Below are positions 1-12,096 of a stretch of DNA of 64,000 nucleotides, one piece after another; the stretch's first letter is position 1; each line of letters begins with the position of its first letter. Both the position numbers and the translations under genes were made by a program. The stretch comes from a bacterium (GTDB taxonomy: Bacteria; SM23-31), in assembly GCA_965249485.1 (NCBI GenBank), contig CBDFMG010000005.1:1-64000 (forward strand). The letters are read 5' to 3'. The notes under the pieces were generated by a model. The model saw nothing but the letters and a program-made list of their open reading frames with translations. It did no database searches and was not told where the DNA came from.

Positions 1-717
1 GAGGTATCTCATGTCAAATAGCATAATGATCAACTGTGTATCTGAGAGTGATTGTGCGATACCTCCTGCAAAAAGTATCTGCACGGATACACAGTTGGTG
101 TATGGCCTGAGGGAAGACCATGCTTTACCTGATCCAGTCTCAATTATTAAAAATTTCACTAATCGTTTCATGCGGTATAGTCGTACAGTTGGCCGGGGAA
201 GACTTGCCATCCGTTACTGCGTCCTTTTATCAAAACTGGCAGGATTTTTCATACACCTGCGTACGAGTAAGACATTCAGTGGAAATGTAAATGCTGAAAA
301 GATTGCGAGGCAGAAACATGAATATTTGACAAAAATCAAAAAAAGTGAAAGAAACCTCCTATATTCTGATCAGCGTGAAATGGAATCTGACATGTACTAT
401 AATTTCAATAATTTCAATAACTTCAGTAACGTAAAAAAAACGCAAAAAGACAAAATTACATAATGTGGAAGAGTATACTGTACAAAGACATTTCGGAATC
501 ATGCCATTACTCCTTCATTCATGCCGACACTTTTATTATAATTAGATAATTGAATTTCTTTACATCCATAATCTTTGGATTTTTAATCATATCGCTTGTA
601 GCGCCACTATTTCTGAAAAAATAACATGAAAAACGATAGCAATACAAGTTTCTGGCAAAAATATTACTCATATGTAGATATTCTTAAAAAATCAAAAAAC
701 AGAAAGGGCCTCACAAC

Positions 718-2481
718 ATGAGCATATTAATTCAAAAAACTAGTCAATATACTCTTCAAGAGCAGACTATTCAAAAATATGGTGTAGTATATACTCCAGA
801 AACACTATCTGGATATCTTGTAGAAAAAACATTGCAATACATTTTAACAGACGCAGACTTTAAAAAGAATGACAAAATATCCATTGGAGATCCTGCTTGT
901 GGAGATGGAATGTTATTACATAGCATGGCAAGTCTGTTATCTCACAAACAAAAATTTAAAAAAATTTCTCTATATGGATTAGACATTGATGAAAAAGCAC
1001 TTGCTTCTTGCAAACAAAAATTAGCAAAATTAGAGACGCATTTCAAAACAACAACAATTAAAACTAACTCACTATGTTTATTTGAAAACTCTGAAAAAAA
1101 TAAAACATTAAAACAATCATCTAAAAATATCTCGTTAAATAAGGGATTTGATATAATTATAGCAAATCCTCCTTGGGGTGCAGATTTAACTGACTATAAA
1201 GAAAAATTAAGTTCTGCTCAATATGCAACTTTATCTGGACAGGTAAACTCTTTTGAATTGTTTATGGAGATGGCAACAAAAATTGTTAAAAAAGGAGGAT
1301 ACTTTGCATTCATTGTACCTGATTCCATTCTTAATCATGGTAGAAGCATTCTTCGAGACATACTAGTTGAATCAACAGAGATTAAATTCATTGCAAGGCT
1401 AGGGGAGAAAATTTTTCCCAAGATAAATCGGGCTTGTGCGATAATCATATGCAAAAATTTACCCCCCTCTGAAAATTCTCAAACGGATTGTTTTAGGCTA
1501 TCAAGTGCAAATAGAGCACAAATTCTTGCAGGACGGCTCTCTTTTTCAGAGGCAGAGATAGATCATCTTTATACAGCACCACAAAAGAGATTTCTTCATA
1601 ATTCTTACAAACAACTTGATATCGATCTCAGAGAAAACGAAACTCAACTGGTCGAGAAATTTAGAAAAACATCAAAAACACTTGCAGACGTGCTTTCAAG
1701 CACGAGAGGCATAGAATTAGGAAGTTCAGGCATGATATCTATGTGCACTAATTGTCATGTGTGGTCACCTCTTTCTAAAAATCTAATTAATACGTGCAAA
1801 GAATGTGGAAAAAAATACAATACTGAAGACAAGCAAATCAGCATTACCGCCCAAAAGAAAACTCCAAACTCTAAACCACTAATCATCGGAAGTGATATGA
1901 AACGCTATGTTGCAAAACCTTCAAAATGGATTACACTAGGGAAAAGAGGCATAAACTACAAGTCAAAAAGCACTTTTGAATCCCCAAAAATTTTAATTAG
2001 AAAAACGGGTGTAGGCATTACTGCTGCACTTGACTACACATATGCATATACAAATCAAGTAGTATACATATTACGAAACAATAACAAAACTAATCCCGAA
2101 CTTGAATTTTTTATAGCACTAATTAATTCTAGAGCATACTATTTTTTTCTCGTCAAGGCATTTGGGGAACTTGAATGGAAGTCACACCCTTATTTGACAC
2201 AAACGCAAATTCTCAGCTTGCCTTTGCCTGATTTGAAATCTGAAAAGAATAAAAAAATAATAAATGAAATTATTTTGTTGTTACGACCTCAACTTAAAAT
2301 TGGAAAACCTTCAAGACAAATTGATATGAAAGTTGAATCATTGATTGGAAAAATGTTTGCACTTACAAAAAAAGATTATAGAATCATACTCAATGCAATA
2401 AATGAATTAGACGAGTTGTTACCTGTAAGGGAACTCAAAAATTTTGATCAAAAAATATTTCTAAATACATTAGGCAGGTAA
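718..2481 (+). CDS. N6-adenine DNA methyltransferase, gamma class (Eco57I/TaqI-like) with C-terminal target-recognition domain
   Basis: DPACGDG SAM-binding motif precedes the IIANPPW catalytic motif; TaqI_C-like 'PKILIRKT...NQVVY...INS' C-terminus. Confidence 0.85.
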   Translation: MSILIQKTSQYTLQEQTIQKYGVVYTPETLSGYLVEKTLQYILTDADFKKNDKISIGDPACGDGMLLHSMASLLSHKQKFKKISLYGLDIDEKALASCKQKLAKLETHFKTTTIKTNSLCLFENSEKNKTLKQSSKNISLNKGFDIIIANPPWGADLTDYKEKLSSAQYATLSGQVNSFELFMEMATKIVKKGGYFAFIVPDSILNHGRSILRDILVESTEIKFIARLGEKIFPKINRACAIIICKNLPPSENSQTDCFRLSSANRAQILAGRLSFSEAEIDHLYTAPQKRFLHNSYKQLDIDLRENETQLVEKFRKTSKTLADVLSSTRGIELGSSGMISMCTNCHVWSPLSKNLINTCKECGKKYNTEDKQISITAQKKTPNSKPLIIGSDMKRYVAKPSKWITLGKRGINYKSKSTFESPKILIRKTGVGITAALDYTYAYTNQVVYILRNNNKTNPELEFFIALINSRAYYFFLVKAFGELEWKSHPYLTQTQILSLPLPDLKSEKNKKIINEIILLLRPQLKIGKPSRQIDMKVESLIGKMFALTKKDYRIILNAINELDELLPVRELKNFDQKIFLNTLGR

Positions 2482-2485
2482 GCAT

Positions 2486-2545
2486 ATGGGTTATAGATAC
2501 ATTGGTTCTAAAACCAAGATAGTAGATGGAATAATATCTGAATCA
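2486..2545 (+). pseudogene. N-terminal stub of a D12/Dam-type adenine methyltransferase
   Basis: MGYRYIGSKTKI is a typical D12 MTase start; the sequence then switches to unrelated content and stops after 64 codons. Confidence 0.5.
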
Positions 2546-2679
2546 AATTTTGATGTGGAGACAATTCCCACAAATGATAACACAGAACTTGCAATGATTC
2601 CAATAATTGTAAAGAGCATCACTGGAATTGCACCATTGATGTATTCTGGCCCATCCCAAAATGCTTCTAAAATTTTATA

Positions 2680-2724
2680 ACCACACGGCGAGAAGGCCAC
2701 CGTACTTGTACGGCGGCAGTTCAC
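2680..2724 (+). mobile_element. 45-bp IS605 family-A mini-element (LE-hairpin-RE fusion)
   Basis: TTATA|ACCACACGGCGAGAAGG-CCACCGTAC-TT-GTACGGCGG-CAGTTCAC; matches both ends of the IS at 59340-60737. Confidence 0.85.
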
Positions 2725-3267
2725 CTGGTTTCTCAGAGAAAAATATCTGAGTTGCAAAAAGTTGACCAGATACACCATTGGTCATGGGTAACAGGCGACA
2801 CGATGGAGTCATGTGAAATGACATGCTGGCACAGCCAGCCAAATTCAGCAAGAAAGCCAAGCAGGGCAAAGTGAACACATCTTTGGGAAAATGCAAAGAA
2901 TGATGCTTTGTAAAATTGACAACTGTTTTCGTAAGATGGCTAGACGAAGCAAAATGAGTATGAAAAACTACTGAGAAATACACATTACGATAAAATATCA
3001 TTGCATACTAACTGTATTTTTTTTGTGTGCTGCTGTTTCATATGCATATGGTGATGATGGTTCCTTTACTGTCACATGTGAGGCAGAACATCATTTGTGT
3101 GAACTGCCAGTAATGGCAGACACAGTAAATGTAACAATTGATGGTGAGGTTGCGATACAGAAAATTGACGCTAATGGCACATTTAATTTTGAAGATGTCA
3201 AATATCTAATGTTTGCATTGCTGTTATTATTTTCACTCATGATGACGACAAAGACTGTGATAGCAAT

Positions 3268-3708
3268 ATGGACATGACTATTCGAACCACAATTATGAAT
3301 GGCATAGAAGTTGCAGTAGTTCTAGGATTCAATCAATATGGAATGTTATCTGATCCTACAATAAGGCTATATCTGGATGAGAAAAAAGCATACATCACAC
3401 TTGCAAAATTGCAAGTCAGAGAATATCAAATGATGAGAGATTCCATAGATGAAGAAGCAGTTTTGAACATAGATGAGGGAAGAAAAAATGCAAGAAAAGC
3501 GCTGAATGATTTTTCCTTTTACTCAAAAGCAGAACTAAAACAGGTCTCCACAAACAACCCACCAGAATTCTACGTCCCAAGAACTTACAGAACTCTCACC
3601 TTCATGCTGACGGAGGAAGATGTGGAAAGGATAGCCAAGGGCAGGGGATTCCAGAACATCAACTGGCCAGACAAGGCAAAAGAAGAAAGTACAGAAAATG
3701 AACGTTAA
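3268..3708 (+). CDS. hypothetical protein
   Basis: 146-aa ORF with normal composition in the co-directional gene run. Confidence 0.5.
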   Translation: MDMTIRTTIMNGIEVAVVLGFNQYGMLSDPTIRLYLDEKKAYITLAKLQVREYQMMRDSIDEEAVLNIDEGRKNARKALNDFSFYSKAELKQVSTNNPPEFYVPRTYRTLTFMLTEEDVERIAKGRGFQNINWPDKAKEESTENER

Positions 3709-4085
3709 TACGACAAAGCAGGCAACCACTTCTACTTGTCAGGAAACAGACTCAAAAAAATCACGACATTTACGCAGAAAAAATATTTTGAAAAAGTTTC
3801 TTGCCAAAAATGCAAAACAGGTTTCAAGATGGGTGACTCTCTGTACATCATGTCATCAAAAAGAAAGAGCAGGCATTACCATGAGAAGTGTTGGCAAAAG
3901 ATGCTTTACTGATGATGGCAAGTGGAGAGAAAATTCCGGCGAGGTTTGCCGACACGCTCTTCCAGAATTACACTGGTAAGTCTTCGGGTGTTTTCACATT
4001 TTTTGCTCCTAAAAAATAGCAAATGTCTCCAAGATTGAACAGTGTATAATTCTTCTACCTGTAAACTATCGGCTCATTTGCCTTC

Positions 4086-4421
4086 ATGGAAAAACCCCAT
4101 CTGAAATGTGTGGTATTGAAAATAATGGAGGAATATGACTAGGATGATTTTATCAAATGTAGAAAATGTTCCAAGACGTTTATTTTTGAAGAATATAATC
4201 ATCATATTTGTGATGTTGATTTTAAAGGAATTAAAGAAATTGGAATTGATTATCATTTTGATGGAGAAAAAGATGAAAATAATGATCAGGTTTTTATCGC
4301 TAAAGGTTTGGATGGCATAATATATCGACTTGTCAAATGCGACCACGATCCGCCTCATACATCAGCCGATCCGACTATTTTTGACAGTGAGAAAAACCGA
4401 CGAAGACTTTACAGAACCTAA
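4086..4421 (+). pseudogene. small CxxC/Zn-finger protein interrupted by one in-frame TAG (4140-4142)
   Basis: Reads MEKPHLKCVVLKIMEEYD*DDFIKCRKCSKTFIFEEYNHHIC...RLYRT*; not in the ORF track. Confidence 0.45.
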
Positions 4422-4616
4422 ACTTCTGAGAACATCAAGGGATGGCAGAGGCTAAAATAGAATGAAGAAAAAAAGACTAGAACTGATGATAGAAAACTGC
4501 ATCAGAACGAATGTTGATGAATTCAGAAATTATTCCGACGAACTGTCAAGCGATGAGAAAAAAATAATGGAAGGCGCACTGGCCATGAGATATTTCATGA
4601 TGGCAAAAAAGGTGCA
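4422..4616 (+). repeat. about 190-bp dispersed duplicate of ~20790-20982, carrying a short ORF (MKKKRLELMIENCIR...)
   Basis: Near-identical from AACTTCTGAGAACATCA to GGCAAAAAAGGTGC in both places. Confidence 0.8.
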
Positions 4617-4677
4617 AAAATGATTATTGGATTAGGGAATTATGCCGTAGAGATGTTGAGGGGGTTGATATACCCTA

Positions 4678-4962
4678 ATGGCAGTTCAATCAAAGAAGCA
4701 CTCGTTATCTGAAAAACTCTATATTCTATTTCACGAGTTAGGTAAAGGGAATCCTGACAGTTGGATTGATGAGATACAATCGGATTATCCAGAAGTTCTC
4801 AGACTGATTGCAGAACACATGGAAGAACACGAACCTTATGCAGTAAATACAATTAATGCGTTAAAACATTCTGCGGAGACACTTGAGGGATGTGGTATTG
4901 ATATGAGTAAACTTGAAGGACATTCTTGGGAGATTGAGGAAAGGTTAGGGTTGAAAAATTGA
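4678..4962 (+). CDS. hypothetical protein
   Basis: 94-aa ORF whose stop overlaps the next start. Confidence 0.5.
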   Translation: MAVQSKKHSLSEKLYILFHELGKGNPDSWIDEIQSDYPEVLRLIAEHMEEHEPYAVNTINALKHSAETLEGCGIDMSKLEGHSWEIEERLGLKN

Positions 4963-5675
4963 GCGACATGAAGCCAATCATATGCCTATCAATGGGTGCT
5001 GGGGTGCAAACAACTTGTTTGTTATTAATGAACCCCAAAAAATATGATTATGTTGTATTTGCAGACACAGGAGATGAAAAACCTGAGACATATTACTATA
5101 TGGAAAATTATCTGAAACCCTTCTGTAAAGAAAATAATGTCAATTGGGTAACTGTGAAAAAGACAGGTTTTGAATCCCTAATGGATTACTGCATTAAAAA
5201 AGAATTGATTCCCACCAGAAATTTCAGATGGTGTACAGACAAGTTCAAGATTAGGCCTATTAGAAAATTCATAAAATCCCTAAAATCAAAGTCCCCTGTA
5301 ATTCAAGATATAGGAATATCTTTAGATGAATCACACAGGGCAAATTTTAGCGGTAAATACGGCGACAAGTACACAAAATTTGAATATCCATTAATTGAAC
5401 AAAAAATTACAAGAAAACAATGCTACGAAATCATACAGGCAAAAGGTTACCCAATACCTCCAAAGTCAGGATGCTATTACTGTCCTTACGCAAAAAAACA
5501 AGAGATTAGAAAATTACATGCAACTAACAAACCACTTTATGACAAGGCGGTTCTGATGGAAAAAAACAACAAACAGTATCCAAAAATGACTTTGTTCAAT
5601 GTGCCGTTAAATAACTTAAATGAGATTCAGTCTTTAGACGACTTTACATGTGATTCGGGGCATTGTTTCGTATGA
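4959..5675 (+). CDS. PAPS-reductase-family (PP-loop) protein
   Basis: LSMGAGVQT PP-loop-like motif, FADTGDE, RWCTDKFKI, KSGCYYCPY. Confidence 0.8.
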   Translation: MSDMKPIICLSMGAGVQTTCLLLMNPKKYDYVVFADTGDEKPETYYYMENYLKPFCKENNVNWVTVKKTGFESLMDYCIKKELIPTRNFRWCTDKFKIRPIRKFIKSLKSKSPVIQDIGISLDESHRANFSGKYGDKYTKFEYPLIEQKITRKQCYEIIQAKGYPIPPKSGCYYCPYAKKQEIRKLHATNKPLYDKAVLMEKNNKQYPKMTLFNVPLNNLNEIQSLDDFTCDSGHCFV

Positions 5676-5721
5676 TGGATTCATGGGGAATGCATGACAT
5701 TAATGGAGGGCAAACTATACA

Positions 5722-5931
5722 ATGACTCCAATCAACTGTGGATGCTGTGGAAGACCAAGAAAAGAGCATACCAGTAAAGGCTGGGTTTTCTGTCAACTTC
5801 AAATTATAATCACACGGCGAGAAGGCCACCGTACTTGTACGGTGGTAGTTCACAGAAAATCGATAAAGTCAGTTTATAATAAACTTGTTAATATGAAACA
5901 CGAGATGGCAGCAAAGGAGTTACAAAAATGA
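5722..5931 (+). CDS. small Cys/His protein carrying an in-frame 45-bp mini-element
   Basis: RBS-like GGAGG upstream; the inserted 15 codons read ITRREGHRTCTVVVH. Confidence 0.55.
   Translation: MTPINCGCCGRPRKEHTSKGWVFCQLQIIITRREGHRTCTVVVHRKSIKSVYNKLVNMKHEMAAKELQK
5809..5853 (+). mobile_element. 45-bp IS605 family-A mini-element
   Basis: TTATA|ATCACACGGCGAGAAGGCCACCGTACTTGTACGGTGGTAGTTCAC. Confidence 0.9.
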
Positions 5932-6276
5932 ATATAGTTTGTGAATGTTCAATCTACTACAAAAAGAAAACAGGACTGATCACAGTTGGAAGGCCTGGAG
6001 GAACTAGATTCTTTTTTACTCCTGCAAATTTTGTTAAAACTTTTGAAATTGTCAAACATCCACAAGAAAGTGATTCTGTACAGTTGCAAAAAATCATGGA
6101 GACACAAAAATAATGCAAACCAAAGTATGTGGAGAACAGGCAAAACAAATCAAAGAAGGCCAAAAATTCATAGCAAGAATTACTTCAGTAGAGGGTAGAA
6201 CCATTGCCATTTTAGAGCCTGAGGAAAAAATCAGAATGAATTTTGTAAAAAATTCTAAAAAGAGGTGTAATCTGTA

Positions 6277-6618
6277 GTGTCTCAGAAAAAAAAGTCATTG
6301 TTCAAAATGACTCCAAAGTCACTGACAGACGAACAGACCAAAGAGGTATCTTCAAAATTCCCAAAACTCTCAAAAAAAGAGTTAAAATACATTGCCAAAC
6401 TAAAGAAGAGACAACATGACGCAGATGTTACAAGCTTTAAAAAACATGTTAAATTTATCGCAAAGTATTGTTTTAAGAATAGCCTAACTTCACTTTCATT
6501 CAAACGTACTGATGAAAGCAGTTATGGTGTTAATTGTTCATTTTACAGTCCGCTTGATTTCATGACTCCTGCAAGACGCAGGAATGTAAAAAAACAACTG
6601 GAGGGATTATCTTCTTGA
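6277..6618 (+). CDS. hypothetical basic protein
   Basis: 113-aa ORF with GAGGTG RBS-like site upstream of GTG. Confidence 0.45.
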   Translation: MSQKKKSLFKMTPKSLTDEQTKEVSSKFPKLSKKELKYIAKLKKRQHDADVTSFKKHVKFIAKYCFKNSLTSLSFKRTDESSYGVNCSFYSPLDFMTPARRRNVKKQLEGLSS

Positions 6619-6627
6619 CTGTTTATA

Positions 6628-6672
6628 ATCACACGGCGAGAAGGCCACCGTACAGGTACGGTGGCAGTTCAC
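6628..6672 (+). mobile_element. 45-bp IS605 family-A mini-element
   Basis: TTATA|ATCACACGGCGAGAAGGCCACCGTACAGGTACGGTGGCAGTTCAC. Confidence 0.9.
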
Positions 6673-7149
6673 TAATTTTGAATAGGCATAACCATCAACA
6701 CCTAATTGTCCGTACCAAAAACCAAATGCTCACCAAATTGTCGGTGCAAGAAAAAGTCAGATGATCAAGATGTGGTTTGATTTTGGATGCAGGTAACGTG
6801 GAATTCTGCACCTGTTAATGATGTTTAGTAGTGTTTTGCACATTTTGACGTAAGTTGATACCATGAGAATTTGTGAGAATTCATTTCTAATGGATCCAAA
6901 TTAGCTAGAATTAGTCACAATTGGGTCAAAAATTGATGGTTTCTACAAGGCCGCTAGAGAGTGGCGGTGAAAAAACACAACCAGTGTCACAAAAGCAGCG
7001 CAAAGATGCATGCATGGCAGTGTTGCTCCCAACAATAGTAATTGCAGTTGGAGGTTGTGTGTGGGAGATGGGATTTAATGGTATAATCGGCGGTGATCAT
7101 ATGATAAATAATGCATATGCCGAGGAATCAGTTCTTTTAGTTACAAATG

Positions 7150-8325
7150 AGACTGCAAAGCTTACTGCGAGTGATGGTGCAGGAAATGACTTCTTTGGCA
7201 GCTCCGTATCAGTCTATAACAATACTGCCGTAATTGGCGCATATGGAGATGATGATAATGGCTCCTACTCTGCATACGTCTTTGAGAAGAACAGCACCAG
7301 CGGCAACTGGACGCAGACGGAGACTGTAAAGCTTACTGCAAGCGATGCTGCAGCAAATGACCTCTTTGGCATCTCCGTATCAGTCTATAACAATACTGCC
7401 GTAATTGGCGCATCTGGAGATGATGATAATGGCACCAGATCCGGCTCTGCATACGTCTTTGAGAAGAACAGCACCAGCGGTAACTGGACGCAGACGGAGA
7501 CTGCAAAGCTTACTGCGAGTGATGGTGCAGCAAATGACCTCTTTGGCCGCTCCGTATCTGTCTATAACAATACTGCCGTAATTAGCGCAATTTTCGATGA
7601 TGATAATGGCTCCTACTCTGGCTCTGCATACGTCTTTGAGAAGAACAGCACCAGCGGCAACTGGACGCAGACGGAGACTGTAAAGCTTACTGCAAGCGAT
7701 GGTGCAGCAGGTGACTACTTTGGCCGCTCCGTATCAGTCTATAACAATACTGCCGTAATTGGCGCATCTTTAGATGATGATAATGGCCACAACTCCGGCT
7801 CTGCATACATCTTTGAGAAGAACAGCACCGGCCACTGGACGCAGAAACAAAAGCTTCTTGCAAGCGATGGTGCAAATAATGACTGGTTTGGCCGCTCCGT
7901 ATCTGTCTATAACAATACTGTCGTAATTGGCGCAACTTACGGTGATGATAATGGCTCCGGCTCTGCATACGTCTTTGAGAAGAACAGCACCAGCGGCAAC
8001 TGGACGCAGACGGAGACTGTAAAGCTTACTGCAAGCGATGGTGCAGCAGGTGACCTCTTTGGCATCTCCGTATCAGTCTATAACAATACTGCCGTAATTG
8101 GCGCATCTGGAGATAATGATAATGGCTCCTACTCCGGCTCTGCATACATCTTTGAGAAGAACAGCACCGGCCACTGGACGCAGAAACAAAAGCTTCTTGC
8201 AAGCGATGGTGCAAATAATGACTGGTTTGGCCGCTCCGTATCTGTCTATAACAATACTGCCGTAATTGGCGCATTTTACGATGATGATAATGGCTCCAAC
8301 TCCGGCTCTGCATACGTCTTCACCA
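7150..8325 (+). repeat. coding tandem repeats (FG-GAP units, ~165-180 bp)
   Basis: Recurrent GCTCCGTATC(A/T)GTCTATAACAATACTGCCGTAATTGGCGCA. Confidence 0.9.
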
Positions 8326-8334
8326 TACTCCAGG

Positions 8335-11050
8335 CTCCAACAGCACACGCAGGAGACGCCCAGACGGTAGACGAGGGCGATAACGTAACGCTTGACGGAA
8401 CCGGCTCGGCTGACCCCAACGGCGACACCATCACATACGCATGGAGCCAGACACAAGGCCCCACAGTCACACTATCCAGCAGTACGTCAGTGTCTCCGAC
8501 GTTTGATGCCCCCCTGATCAACTCTACTCAAGCCATCCTCACATTCTCCTTAACGGTAAACGACGGAGCGGCAGACAGCACACCTGACACGGTAGACATT
8601 ACAGTATCAAATGTCAACACCCCACCAACCGCAAACGCAGGAGCTGACCAGACGGTAGACGAGGGCGATAACGTAACGCTTGACGGAAGCGCAACGGATC
8701 CGGACACCGACGACACCATCACATACGCATGGAGCCAGACACAAGGCCCCAGAGTCACACTATCCAGCAGTACGTCAGTGTCTCCGACGTTTGATGCCCC
8801 CCTGATCAACTCTACTCAAGCCATCCTCACATTCTCCTTAACGGTAAACGACGGAGCGGCAGACAGCACACCTGACACGGTAGACATTACAGTATCAAAT
8901 GTCAACACCCCACCAACCGCAAACGCAGGAGCTGACCAGACGGTAGACGAGGGCACCACCGATATACAGCTTAACGGAAGCGCAACGGATCCGGACACCG
9001 ACGACACCATCACATACGCATGGAGCCAGACACAAGGCCCCAGAGTCACACTATCCAGCAGTACGTCAGTGTCTCCGACGTTTGATGCCCCCCTGATCAA
9101 CTCTACTCAAGCCATCCTCACATTCTCCTTAACGGTAAACGACGGAGCGGCAGACAGCACACCTGACACGGTAGACATTACAGTATCAAATGTCAACACC
9201 CCACCAACCGCAAACGCAGGAGCTGACCAGACGGTAGACGAGGGCACCACCGATATACAGCTTAACGGAAGCGCAACGGATCCGGACACCGACGACACCA
9301 TCACATACTTGTGGAGCCAGACACAAGGCCCCAGAGTCACACTATCCAGCAGTACGTCAGTGTCTCCGACGTTTGATGCCCCCCTGATCAACTCTACTCA
9401 AGCCATCCTCACATTCTCCTTAACGGTAAACGACGGAGCGGCAGACAGCACACCTGACACGGTAGACATTACAGTATCAAATGTCAACACCCCACCAACC
9501 GCAAACGCAGGAGCTGACCAGACGGTAGACGAGGGCACCACCGATATACAGCTTAACGGAAGCGCAACGGATCCGGACACCGACGACACCATCACATACG
9601 CATGGAGCCAGACACAAGGCCCCAGAGTCACACTATCCAGCAGTACGTCAGTGTCTCCGACGTTTGATGCCCCCCTGATCAACTCTACTCAAGCCATCCT
9701 CACATTCTCCTTAACGGTAAACGACGGAGCGGCAGACAGCACACCTGACACGGTAGACATTACAGTATCAAATGTCAACACCCCACCAACCGCAAACGCA
9801 GGAGCTGACCAGACGGTAGACGAGGGCGATAACGTAACGCTTGACGGAAGCGCAACGGATCCGGACACCGACGACACCATCACATACTTGTGGAGCCAGA
9901 CACAAGGCCCCACAGTCACACTATCCAGCAGTACGTCAGTGTCTCCGACGTTTGATGCCCCCCTGATCAACTCTACTCAAGCCATCCTCACATTCTCCTT
10001 AACGGTAAACGACGGAGCGGCAGACAGCACACCTGACACGGTAGACATTACAGTATCAAATGTCAACACCCCACCAACCGCAAACGCAGGAGCTGACCAG
10101 ACGGTAGACGAGGGCACCACCGATATACAGCTTAACGGAAGCGCAACGGATCCGGACACCGACGACACCATCACATACGCATGGAGCCAGACACAAGGCC
10201 CCACAGTCACACTATCCAGCAGTACGTCAGTGTCTCCGACGTTTGATGCCCCCCTGATCAACTCTACTCAAGCCATCCTCACATTCTCCTTAACGGTAAA
10301 CGACGGAGCAGTAGACAGCACACCTGACACAGTCATCGTCACCATACTTGACACCGACGGCAGTGGCGTTACCAACCAGACCCCAACCGCACACGCAGGA
10401 GATGACCAGACGGTAGACGAGGGTACCGCAGAAGTAACACTTAACGGAAGCAAATCAAGTGACCCAGATGGCGATACCATCACATACTTGTGGAGCCAGA
10501 CACAAGGCCCCACAGTCACACTATCCAGCAGTACGTCAGTGTCTCCGACGTTTGATGCCCCCCTGATCAACTCTACTCAAGCCATCCTCACATTCTCCTT
10601 AACGGTAAACGACGGAGCGGCAGACAGCACACCTGACACGGTAGACATTACAGTATCAAATGTCAACACCCCACCAACCGCAAACGCAGGAGCTGACCAG
10701 ACGGTAGACGAGGGCGATAACGTAACGCTTGACGGAACCGGCTCGGCTGACCCCAACGGCGACACCATCACATACTTGTGGAGCCAGACCCAAGACCCCA
10801 CAGTCACACTATCCAGCAGTGTATCAGCATCTCCGACGTTTGATGCCCCCCTGATCAACTCTGATCAAGCCATCCTCACATTCTCCTTAACGGTAAACGA
10901 TGGAGCGGTAGACAGCGCCAATAATGACACAGTCATCGTCACCATACTTGACACCGACAGCAGTGACGTTACCAACCAGGCTCCAACCGCAAATGCAGGA
11001 GACCCACAGGTTGTAGGTGAGGGCAAAACCGTGATCCTTGACGGAAGCGC
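8335..11050 (+). repeat. coding tandem repeats (PKD/Ig-like units, mostly 288-291 bp, nearly identical)
   Basis: Period visible in DNA and in the antisense shadow ORFs. Confidence 0.9.
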
Positions 11051-12096
11051 ATCAACTGACGATAAAGGATAAAGGAAGTGGAAACCTGAGATACGAGTGG
11101 AGGCAAGACCTCACCGACAGCATCCAGGTAACGCTGTTACCTGAAACTGACAATCCTGCAATAGTAACATTTGATGCACCAGCAGACGTCAACAGTCCTC
11201 AGATCCTCACATTCATCCTTAAAGTAATAGACAAAGAAGACCTATCAAACGATGCCAGAGTCACCGTCACCATACTTGACACTGATGCCGTAACTCCATC
11301 TCCAGGTGGTGGTAGTAGCGGAGGCGGAGGCGGAGGCGGAGGCGGAGGCGGTCCAATCCGAATCGATAATGTCTACATAAAGTCAGTATCATGGGACTGT
11401 AACGCAGGAACTATCAAGATAATTGCAGGGCCTGACTCAGACTATCTCTCTATATCTGTGCGCACGACACAGCTTGGCGTACACCAGGCATCAGTAGCAG
11501 GTGATGACATCCCCGGATACAGGGCATTTGTCTCCAATATGGACAAGACTGAGGACTATATCGGAATAAAGGCAGTAGCACCGCACAGCAGGGACCCAGC
11601 CACCATCAGCGAGTCCATAAACATTACCGAGTGCACCGGAGAAAGGATCTTTGATGAATACATGCAGCCAGAATCCACACTGCCATCAGCAGTAACACAA
11701 ACAGAAGAAGAGGTGGCAGCCACGCAAAGAACAGAAGACACCCCAGTCACTGAGGGGCAGAAAACCATCTTTGACTCCCCACTACATCAGCAGCTCAAAG
11801 GGGACATCCCAGCAGAGATGGTCCAGTGCAATGAGGGACTGGTGTTGATCCTCAAACCCAACATGGAAGAGTCTGCATGTGTCAGGGAATCAACTGCACA
11901 CAAACTGGTCATGCGCGGATGGCACGGCATTATCTAATAGATGATGGCTTGTTCCACTCTTGGCTTCTGCAGCATCTGGGTGTGTCCTAAAACCGTCTGT
12001 GCCTTGCTAGTACAGAATAAATCTAATCTGTCACGAAAAGAGCAACTACTCGGAGGAAGACAACTGGCATGAAAGACAAAAAGGTGAGAAAGTTAA

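Larger units (their letters stand above)
6921..11937 (+). pseudogene. giant surface protein (FG-GAP beta-propeller repeats, ~10 PKD/Ig-like repeats, poly-Gly linker, thaumarchaeal C-terminal motif) split by a frameshift near 11061-11074
   Basis: 7 'D.FG.SVSVYNNTAVIGA..DDDNG..SGSAYVF' repeats and 'PTANAGADQTVDEG..L.GS.TDPD.D.ITY.WSQTQG' repeats; the GATAAAG duplication shifts the frame; C-terminal CNEGLVLILKP..SACVRESTAHKLVMRGW. Confidence 0.85.

Noticed and set aside
11..463. 150-aa ORF at the window start
   Set aside because: No recognisable motif and a low-complexity tail; cannot support a call.
2680..2724. 45-bp hairpins as simple terminators
   Set aside because: No U-tract, present in both orientations and inside ORFs, and exact correspondence to IS605 ends with a conserved 5' target.
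4959..5675. Complete Dnd/Ssp phosphorothioation cluster
   Set aside because: No cysteine desulfurase, DndD ATPase or DndE recognisable nearby.
7687..10858. Series of repeated minus-strand ORFs (MIRGASNVG..., MQSRS...)
   Set aside because: Antisense shadows of the FG-GAP and PKD repeats.
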